A DNA stretch of 64,000 nt from the human T2T-CHM13v2.0 reference genome, Homo sapiens, in assembly GCF_009914755.1 (NCBI RefSeq), contig NC_060925.1; one strand, 5' to 3'. Positions 53,199 to 64,000 of the stretch are shown here, piece after piece. How positions within the stretch are numbered: the first letter of the stretch is position 1; each line of letters begins with the position of its first letter. The notes beneath the pieces are model-generated. The model was not told where the DNA came from. It saw nothing but the letters and a program-made list of their open reading frames with translations, and ran no database searches. A program made the translations under genes and the position numbers.

Positions 53199-56100
53199 GG
53201 AAGCTACTCTTATTATCCCCATTTTACAGATGAGAAAAATGGAGCCCAAGAAGCTAAGTAACTGGCTCGCGGTTCTTCCCCCACCTACCGTCTCCCCAGC
53301 CTCTTTTCCAGTCTCTCCTCTTGGGTCCCCAACCCCAGGCCTGGAGGTCTGTCCTGAGCCTGCCCTTTGCCAATTGCCTGCACTTAAATCTTTTCTGGTC
53401 ACCTCTGCCTGCCCTTTCCAGGACCCTAACCCTATAGTCAGTCCCTTCCAAGGGGGCGGCCTGCCAGACGGGGCTGTCACCACATGGCCGGCCTGCCTGG
53501 GGTCTCCATCCCTTCCAGCCGGACCTGCCTGCTTTTCCCCCATCACCCGTTGCCCACCCTAGTCTGACCTTTTCCATCACAGATCATCCATTGGGGATTT
53601 GGTCTTATTACAGGCCACCACCAGGCAATGACAGGCAGTTTTCTACTCAGGAACTTAAACATAAAAGTCCTTGACACCCTGCCTCCTGTTATCTATGACT
53701 GATGACCCCTGGAGAGGGCAAAGTTAACCCACACTGAGATGGAAGGATTGAGCCCTGTAGCCCTCGGGGACGTGAGGGAAAGGCCCGCTGTGTGTGGAAA
53801 AGGTGCCCAGGAGGGATTGGTTGCCATGGGTCCCACCCGACCCCGTGCCTGGCGTCTTAGAAGGATGGCCCCCAAGCAAGCATGCCTGTGGCACAGTCAG
53901 TGGAGCACACCGTGAAAGCAGCGGCCCCACGGAGCAGCCCCGGCCCTAGAAATGACCACACATGTCAGGCATTGGGTGGCTGCAGAGCCAGTGGGAAGCC
54001 ACCCAGCCACCACTCAGTTTCAGACAGCCATCCACAGGATGCTGCTATGACCAGGGCCTGTGCCAGAGCCTGCCAACTTTGAGTTGCCCTGGGGTCTTTC
54101 ATTCACTCAGCAAGCCTGTGTGGACCCCAACCATGTGCCAGGCCAAGCCTTGAAGAAGTCACCACCCGGCCCCCCTCAAGTCCCCAGGGCCTGGAGAAGA
54201 GACACCACGCAGCATGGCTGTGCCGCTGTGATGAGTTCTGTGATGTGGACATTCAGGAGGCTGAGGCAGCTCTAAGGACACACCTGACCCAGATAACGGA
54301 AGCAGGGAAGGCTGTGGAGACCTGAAGTTGGGGTCGTTTGAAGTGGAGTTCACAGGCAAAGGGCCAGGGCAAGCAGGAGAGGAGTGCGCCAGCTGGGGAA
54401 GCAGCTGAGGGGACCAGAGAGTCCTTGGTGGACAGGAGTGGGAAGTTCAGAGTGGTTCTTCCCTGGAGCTGGGGAGGTAGGAGTGGTGAGACCCTCGGCT
54501 GGAGAGAGAAGCAAGAACTGGGCCACTGTACTATCTTGGTGGGGAATGGCCCAGAAGGGATTCCTGAATGTTTCCTGAAGATTCACTCTAATGGGATTTG
54601 GTGGCTAAGTTCAGGCCTAAGAAACCTTCCCTGAGTCTCTACCATATGCCTCGAGCCTAGCGCTGTCTGAGCAAAAACGATTGCCCACAGAGGAAGCACC
54701 CTGTCCCCACAGGGCCTCCTCGGCCCTGAGTGCACCCCAGGCTCTGCAGTCCCACAGCTGCCAGGCCACCATCTCTGCCCAGGCTGCAGGGACCACAGGC
54801 TGCCCACACCCACCACTCGGCTCCAGCCAGCCATCCGCAGGATGCTTCTATGACCAGGGCAGGACAGGTACTTTACAGATAAGGAAACCGAGGCCCAAAG
54901 ACAGGGAGGCCTTGGTCACACAGAAGTTAGCAGCAAGGCCGGGACCCAGAGCCCGGGCTTCCCATCCAGGGCTTTCAACACGACCACGTGGAACTCAGCT
55001 GAAGCCTGAGGGTCTGGTTTAGGGATTTTCACTGATGGCCAAGGCAACAGGATGTACCAGGGCAGCAAGCCATGGCCCCGTGCCTGCTGTGTGCCAGGTG
55101 TGTGCTGCATCCTCGGGGGCTATGCCGAGGAACAAGAGGAAAGCAGATACTGAATAGCATCCGACCGACATCAAAACCTTTTTGTAAGGATGCAGGGAAT
55201 GAGCAAGTGCTATGAAAATATAAAGTGTAACGTGGAAGTGGGGAGGCCACGAGGGACAGACTATGGAAGGAGGTCTGCTCTCCACCCCCAGTATCCCATC
55301 CCTAAGCCAAGGGGCTGTGGCACCACCTCCTGGGCTTTCCCATGCTACCCTCTGTGCTGCTCGCTGAGCCCGTGTAGGCACGCACGCCTGTGCACGGCCC
55401 GCATGTGCACATGTGATGAGCAGGAGCCGCTGACAAGCGCCCCAGGTGTATTTTGGGGGCCGTTAAAGCTCCGTGTTTAATGGCTGGAGCCACAGTGGTC
55501 ACGGCTGTCAACGGGGATTTCATGGGCTCCTTTACATCTTTAGCTTCCTTCTTCCCAGACGACTTTATCATCCCCAGCGCCCCCAGCCCCTAGGCAGTGA
55601 TGGGGAGAGGAGGTGGGGCCAGAGCGCTGAGCTCCCGCGTTTGAGTTCACAAGCTCTGGTAGGGGGTCAGGCCCACAGAACAAGCCCAGGTGCAGACTGA
55701 GGGCAGGGTGGGGCCTTGGGTGGGGTCCAAGGTCAGAAACCCTTCTCTGAAACCTCTCCATAGAGCCAGCGAGCTGGAGGCCGGGTGGGCCAAGAGGCTG
55801 CTTCTGAAGTGTGGATGGCGATCCAGGACCACCAGGAGGTGACATCTGAAAGCCAGGAGGTCGTGACTGGGGAAGGCCAGTAACTTTAGGGGCCAGCAGA
55901 GGGACTGGGAAGTGGAGGGGGGAGAACCAGAGAGGAGAGGGCTGTGAATCCTGGCTGCATTCCCTGGGAAGTGGCTCAGATCTGGGGCCTGGAGGAGCTG
56001 CTGGGAGAGCTGGTCTTAAGCTAACATCTGAACAGAGCTGGCATCCCCAGAACCTGGGAACAGTCCCCAGGAAGCCAAGATATCCAGGGTGGGATGTGAG

Positions 56101-58753
56101 GGTGGGGTGTTGGCTAAGTCGGGATCCTTGAACTCAGCCACAGCAGCCACTTGCCTGCCTTTGAGTGCATCCCTCCCCAACTCCCTCCTTCATTAAGGGG
56201 TGATCATCAGGCACTCCCACTTTAGTGGGTGAGATGAACAATCGCATTTTCCACACTGCAGTCAGTGCCAGGATGGAATTAGGCAGTGTGGGCAAAACGC
56301 CTGGCACAGCCCGCTCCCCCTGAGAGTCTGATCGCAGTGAGCCATTATGATGATGGGATGACCAAGGGGTGAGGGCCAGGGGGCCTGGGGGGGCACCCAT
56401 CCAGACTTCAGAGGTTCAGTTCAGGGAAGGCTTCAAGGAGGAGGTGATGTCCAAGCTGAGATCTGCAGGAGATGTACAAGTTAGGCCCTGTCGGAAGTGG
56501 CGGGGTGAGGGGAGGGTGCCAGGCGGAAGGAGTAGCCCACAGCAAGCCCAGAGCAGAGAAGAAAGGACAGGAGTCCAAGATGTTGCGAGGAGCAAAGCAG
56601 AGGCCATTAAGGGCTTCGTTTCTCAGGCCACTTAGCCAGGGCTTCCTCCTAAGGCAGTGGGATCGCTGCAGGTGATGCCAAGGGAAGTATCTTGCTTTGG
56701 AAAGATGGCCCTGGCTGTGGTTGGAGGCGAAATTGGAGGTGGGGCACCTGGAGGCAGGAAGACCCCCCCTTGCCCCCGCCACCCAGAGGCAGTGGCCAGG
56801 AGAGAGGGAGGTGATGGAGTTAACGAGGGGACAGAATCAATAGATGGGCTCGAGCTAGAACAAGGCTGGTCCCTGGGCGATTTCTGGGGTTTATTGGGAG
56901 GAGGCATCAGAGAGGCTGGGCCCCTGCCCGTGAGGCCACAGAGGAGGCAGGCCGAGCCCAGGCATGGGGCCAGACTGTCTCCACCTCAGCAGCAGTTCCT
57001 CCACAGCCTGAGGTGGGGGCCTGTCACCAGCAGCCTAGGAAACATCCCCATGGAGATACATCTGATGGACCTGCCACCACAGTGCCATCCCACCCAGCCA
57101 GCCCCCTTACGAGGTAATCTGCTTTCACCAGAAACATCCTTCAGCCTCGCCCCAGCTCCCAGCTCAGCCAGGGAGGGCGGGACATGCTAGACTGAGAAGC
57201 TGCCTTTCTTCCCGGAAAAAATGACCTTGGGCCAGGACTGGCAATAGATCGGCTGGGATCCAGACAGCCTGGGTCCCCAGCGGCCCTGGGTGCTGCAGTC
57301 AGGGCGGAAATGGGCTCTCACCCCCTCTTGCACTCACATCCGAGGGAGTAACCCTGCATTTGGGACAAATCCAAATTAAACTAGACTCCCGAGAACTGCT
57401 CCTAGGTGATCCCTGAACCACATGGGTCTCCAGTGTCCAAGTGACCCTCTATCTCCCTCCCAACAAACCTGCCCCAGGGAGTTCTCTGGCCAAGGGGACA
57501 TACGCGGGCTGGAGGGTTCACATCTTAGTTCGGTTGCTTCCTGGCTGGGTGACCTTGGACAGGTTGCTCCCCTGCTCTGAGACTCTGGGCAGCCTAATGA
57601 TGTGATGCCCCAGCAGCCTTGGTGAGAGGTGAGTGGAGGAGGGGAATTGCAAAGCACCCAGCTCATGTTGGGCACCGCATAGATGACAGCCCCTTCCGGC
57701 TGCTGCTTTCCACCTGCCCTGCTGGGGATCAGCACACAGACTCCCCTATCCCTCCTTCCCCCGAGGCTGACAAGTGAACAGACCCACAGCCTGGCTCCTT
57801 CTCCATGATCTGCTTGCTCCATGGTGAGATGGCCCAAGGTAGCAGCCAGAGCCCTGGATGAGGAGCCAGGAGATTGGGTTCTGGTCCCAGATTTGCTGCT
57901 GGCTGTGCAACCTGGGAGAAGTCACCTTCCCTCTCTGGGCCCTGCAATCGCTCCCTTCGTCCTTCCATACACGCCACGCCCACACCACTGTTCAGCTCTC
58001 CCTCCTTTGGAGCCTACAGTAGCTTGTTCATTGCCAGGAAATGGTCTACATAAGTCTGTCTGAACCATCAGATTAGGAGTGTCTGCAGGGCGGGTTATGT
58101 GTCACCAGTATGTAGCACCCAGCACAGGTCCTCCACACTGTCAGGCCTCAGAAAATGTGGGTGGATGGAACGGGATGGAGGTGGGACAGGGGTCTTCTTT
58201 GCCCATGTGACAGATGAGCACATGGGCCCAGGAGGCAGGGGAGGGGGACTTCCAAATGCAGAGCACTGGGCAGGCATTCCCTCCGTTCGTTTGCAGCACT
58301 GGGGACTGAGGCCCTGATGTCCAGCAACCAACATGGCCTAACACAGGGGCCAGAGCATCCCTTGTGTGGCACTGCCTGTGGTGACGACAATGGTGGCAGT
58401 GGCTGGGAAGGCGGCCGCGGTGGTGTGGGTGGGGGTGGCTCCAGTGCTGGCCATGATCCTGGCTCTGGCTCCTGAAATCAGACCTGCCCTGCAGTGATGG
58501 AGCCATTGCCCCTCCCATCACGCCCTCTGCCTCGGCAGCTTGAATGAGAATCAGACACAGATCTTTAGAGCTGCTTAGCATCTCAATACATTTGGTATTG
58601 GGTATTACCAAGTCACTCTCCTTAAACCATTCCCTTGCTCGAGAGAGGTGCCCTCACCACCACCCACCCACTCACACCCACACAATCCCCGCCCCCACAC
58701 ACAAGTCACTGTCACCCAGGCACTGGCTTGCTCTTTCTCTCTCTCATCTCTCT

Positions 58754-58796
<43 letters not shown>

Positions 58797-58806
58797 GCGC
58801 GCGCGC
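58754..58806 (+). repeat. (AC)19(GC)6 compound dinucleotide repeat flanked by (CT)n
   Basis: Directly visible. Confidence 0.95.
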
Positions 58807-61738
58807 TCTCTCCCCCTCCTTCTCGTTCTGTCTGTCTGTCTCTCTAGAAAACACTGGCGTGCACAGAGTTCCTCCCATATGTGAGAATGCCGATGCATTG
58901 TCACCCCAACAAGGCAGAGTGGTGATACGGTTGTTTTTGAATATCAGGGACATTAACGCTCCTCTCTCTCATACCCAGCCGAGGCTTTCTCCCTCCTGCT
59001 CCCTGGGTGCGGCTTTGGGGCTGGGCAGGGAGAGGCGGGCAAAGGTCCTGTGAAGCCCGAAGACCAACTCTGTGCCAGGCATCCTTTTAATCTTCACAAC
59101 CCTAAAGGACAGGGGGTGGTGGCCCCATTTTATAGATCTGGACTGAGGCTCAGAGAGGTAGAGTGAGCTCCCAAAGCCACACAGCACACAGGAAGGGTTA
59201 GGCATGGGGTTTTTATTAAACCAGGTCTGACTCCAGAGCTCCTTGCTGCCTCCCAACAGTCTAGAGACTTTCCTCAGCCGCTTCCTGGGAGCCCTGTCAC
59301 CCTGGCTGTCCCCAGGGAGGGCCCCCGCACCGCCCCGTGTTCACACTTAGAAGTCAAGCCAGCTTTGACCCGTGGACTTGGCAGAACCTCCCTGCTCCAC
59401 CCACTGAGATTTCGGCCTCTCCTCGGGGCCATGAGCTCCTTGACCTTCCCCATAGAAGTCTGAGGGGCCAGGGAAGGGTCAGCCAACCCACCTGGTAACC
59501 CCCAAATCAATAACCCAGCACCCACGTGGCACCTGCTCGGTCCTCACTGCCGACCTGGCCCCTCACCCAGGTTTTCTCCATGCTTGGAGTCCTCCCCCTG
59601 CCGCCTGGCCCCAACTATCTCATGACTATGTGCTTGGGCTTTGGGACCAAACAGATCTGAGTGCGAATCCTGACTTGGCCACTTAATAGCTGTGGCATCT
59701 TGGACACGTCACGTTCCCCCCTCCTGCCTGATCCCCATTTACATAGAGACAATGTTGATAATAATAGAACTCGCTTCAAAGGATTGTTATTAAGATTAAT
59801 AAGAATAGTGACTATTCTGTCATTTTATCCTAGATGCAGAGAGCCCTTGGAGGCCCTCCCCCATGCGGAGCAGCACCCCAGAGAGGTAACGTGATTTGCC
59901 TTAAGTCACACAGGCAGGCAGTGGCAAAGACAATCCAGCCTCAGTTCCAGGGCTGGGCCAGGCCTCAAGGAGGAGCCAGGGCCTCCCTTGTGGAGGGCAA
60001 CCTGCCGGCCGGGCACTGACGAGCTGGTGTCCAGCGAGAGCAGAAGGGGCCCCTGCTCCCCAGGAGGGTGGTGAGAATCAAGGAGCCAGCTGAGGAATCC
60101 AGGTAGGATTCCAGCCCCAGCCAAGAGTGCCGCTGAGACAGACGAGGCTCTGGGACAGAGCTGACTTGGGCCAGGGGGCGGGGCAGGGGCGGGTGGCTTC
60201 CCTGAGGACTGGCTGCCTGAGCCAAGCTGAAGGAGGAGTGAGGGGTGGTGGGGAGGAGAGGCTGAAGGAGGGAGCAGTAGAGACAAAGGCCGTGTGCAAG
60301 GAGGGGCACAGTACCTTCCAGAAAGCTTGGGGAGGGAAAGGCGGGGACTGGAGAGGTGGTAGGGGCCAGACCCCGCCCCTCTCTCCCTGCACTTGCAGGT
60401 GTGATAAAGATTTGGGTCTTTATCCAGAGAGAGAGCGATGGAAAGCTCTGGAAAAGCTCCAATCAGGTCAGAGGAGGGGAGGGCAGGGGCAGGGCTGACC
60501 ATGACCTTGTGCACTGAATGGCTTCCTGGCTGCAGTGTGGCTAGCGGCTGGAAGGGGCCAGAGGGTGTGCACAGAGGCCAGGGATGTGGCCACTGTAGCT
60601 GTCCCCGTGAGAGGTGAGGGAGGCTTAGAGCAGGCTGATGGCGGTGGAGATGGAGATCAGGCTGGAAGCATGGACACACTCCAGACATGTCCAGGTGGTA
60701 TCAGCAACATGACTTGGGCTGTCCTGGCCACGTGGCTGGTGGAGAAGGAGGCACAGAGACAAAGAACAGTTTCCTGACTTGTGCAACTGGGCGGCCCATG
60801 GTGCTGGGAGAGGCCCAGGGCATCATCTGGGGCAAGGGCAGGTGGTGTTTGAAGGGCTGTGGAGGTGACAATGGGCTGTGCAGGGACTGTAATGGAGGTG
60901 ATCTAGGGCTGTGCAGGGACTGGGAGATGAGCAGAGTGGAGGGGAGACCGGGAGAGAAGGAAATGGGGAGGCCGTGAGAACAGCAGTTTGCTGGAAGGGG
61001 AGGAGAGAGGGAGAAGGCAGGCGAGTGAGGGAGGCTTTCGTTCTGGTTTGTTAGGACAGGACAGACTTGAATGTGAAGGATGGAGCAGCCCAGACCTCTG
61101 AGGCCCCTTCCCATCCAGTCATCTTTCCACTCTGCTCTGCTGCTTGCTTAGTGGTTCCAAACTGTGGACGTGATTGATTATGTGTAAACAGCAGGAAGCA
61201 ATTAGTCTGTGCATGCCTGGCCATTAATAAGCCTCTTATGTATTTAGAACAACACCTCCCTTACCCTTCAACCCGAGAACAAATGTCTGGAGAACCGCCA
61301 GGAATAAGCAGAAGAGACCTCTGGGCAGCCACACCATCGGCCCTAACCTCACACTCTACCCATAAGGCAGTTGCTCACTTATAGCCCATTGACTCTTACT
61401 CTACAAAAAATTCTAACAAGCATTCCTTTTTATTTTCAAAGTCCACAAGAGATAGAAACCACAATGCAGGAGGCAGTTAGAAACTGTCAGAGGCAGGAGA
61501 CCTGCAGCAGACAGAAAAGGCAGCTGACAGCCTGAGGGAGAAGGAAGAGATAGAAACTCATTCAAGCCTGGGCGTTTCATGCCAGGGCAAATAAGTCCAC
61601 CCAGCCCAGTGGCCCTGAAGGCACCTCTGTCTCATACTCCACAAGCAGGGGCTTGGACGAACTCTAGGTCTTTTTCCACATCAAGATTCAGTGATTCTTG
61701 GTTCATAGTCATGACTCTCAACCGCTAAGAATAGGCTA

Positions 61739-62077
<339 letters not shown>

Positions 62078-62381
62078 GGACTTTTTTGGAGATAACATTT
62101 TAAATTGTACGTTTTAAGTTTTGGTGCCTTATAGTTTCTGAAGCATTCCCTTATGTGGAAGGGGGTTTTGTAATTGCCTATTTAATTATCCTGTTAGACG
62201 GAAATGCTGTGAGAACAAGGCCTGTGTCTGTGTGGCTCGCTGTCCTCTTCCAGCACCTGGCACGGTGCTACAGGGGGTGCCCGGCGCACATTTGTTGAAT
62301 GAGTGAATTTAGTAATAAATTAATATTACATACCAGGCACCACTCAATCAACAAACATATTCTTACATCTAATTTCACCTA

Positions 62382-62721
<340 letters not shown>

Positions 62722-64000
62722 TGATGCTAACCACATTTTAAATTACATATGTGGCACACACCACTGTCTTTCTATCAGACGGGACAGTCTTAGACCCTTC
62801 TGCCCTGACTCTAGAGGCAAAGTACAAAGTTTAAACACATTCCCTGTGGTCTGCGTGGAACTCTCCCACGCAACATAAGCTACTTCCTCACTTGTTTCTG
62901 GCTGGGACACTTCAAGGGCAAAGTCAGAACTTATTACCAGGGAACCCCAGCAGCAGCCCGGTGGAGTGCCAGTGCCAAGCTCCATTCCCCTTGCAACTCC
63001 GGAAAACAGCTGGAGAAGGAACCTTATAGGTGGAAAAGCAGAGTCCCTAAGCGGGAAAGCAACATGGGCCTCGTGTTAGGAGTAGGTCTCTTCCAAGATC
63101 TCCGATGACTCCACCTTCCAGCCAGAGGAGAGGGAGAGATTTAGATGCCAGTGTCCGGAAAGCCCTGTCCCCTTTGAGACCCCTCACAGAGTGAACCAAG
63201 CCTGCTCTGGGATGTGGGGTGGGAGTTTCGAGACAGCTTGGGTGGGCAACAGGAGATCCAGGCCGAGGGCAGGGTGGCTCAAGGATGGGTGAAGATTTAA
63301 CCACTCACCACTGCCCCGACTTGACCCCTCACACTCCTACACATCTGTCTTCTACCAGAACATCTTTTCTACCTGGGCCTAAAATGGCACCCGGCCTAGT
63401 TCGCCCGCAGAGCGCAGAGCCGCTGGGCTTCAGTCCCCTCCTCTAGCACGTAACCATGCCTTCCAATCTTAGATCTCGTTATAGGTTTCCAAACACGTTT
63501 GCATCTGTGAACTCACTTACGCTTCACAGCAACCCTGTGAGTTGTTGGCATTATCCTCATTTTATAACTGGAGAAACTGAGGCTCAGAAAGGTGAAGTGA
63601 GGAAAGATACATCTGGGAGCGTCTGCACATAGACGAGGCTTGTCTGATGTTCTTTGCAATTACTCTTCCCCCTTCCAGAAGGAAAAGACATGGGTCAGGG
63701 AGGAGTTGAAAGTGGGGAAGGACTGACTCAGAGGCTGCCCTGCTCTGCCAAGCCCAGCTCTGCCCACCGCTGCCCCCAGCTTGCCTGTTTTGTAGAACAA
63801 GGTCCCGATGTACTGATGGGAGAGGGAAAGCACTGTTCAGATTCACCTCTAGGGTTCAGGCCAAACCCACTTGGCAGGTACAGCTAGCACACCTGAACAG
63901 CTATCCAACTGTCCTGTAACTCTAGCCATGCTCACCTGGCATACTTGGCCTGCAGAGTGTGGCCCTTTTAGACAGCTGCTCATTCAGTCATTCAGCAAAC

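Noticed and set aside
56657-60688. ORFs of 150-260 aa in the GC-rich intergenic region
   Set aside because: Expected by chance at high GC; overlap L2/MIR remnants, no domain motifs or consistent splice structure
63400-64000. EPHA8 promoter or first exon
   Set aside because: No CpG island or signal-peptide exon within the window; only a few CpGs near 63400

Overview
Mammalian (human-like, Alu-rich) genomic DNA. The first ~35 kb hold the 3' part of ZBTB40 on the + strand. There are 15 coding exons (5196-30100), all with canonical AG/GT junctions, that splice into one 2889-nt open frame (962 codons plus TGA), followed by a ~4.8-kb 3' UTR. The N-terminal BTB exons lie upstream of the window; exon numbers 4-18 follow my recollection of the 18-exon transcript. 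The remaining ~29 kb are GC-richer intergenic DNA (EPHA8 should begin a few kb past the right edge, from known synteny, not visible here). It carries Alu/L1/L2/MIR/LTR/DNA-transposon remnants, a ~1.1-kb polypyrimidine tract and some enhancer-like motif clusters. Best lead: the region between the BTB domain and the zinc fingers is built from tandem ~100-113-aa helical repeats, each encoded by a phase-matched exon pair. Repeat 2 resembles a CARD/death-fold domain (ASC/NLRP1 type), suggesting a BTB-(CARD-like)x4-zinc-finger architecture. Other leads: a consensus 5' splice site hidden inside exon 11, an inverted AluY pair that could yield an in-frame 630-nt circRNA, a 76-bp templated insertion with a fold-back, and a pogo/Tigger fossil hit twice by Alu at the same site. 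Repeat subfamily calls are by eye and approximate.
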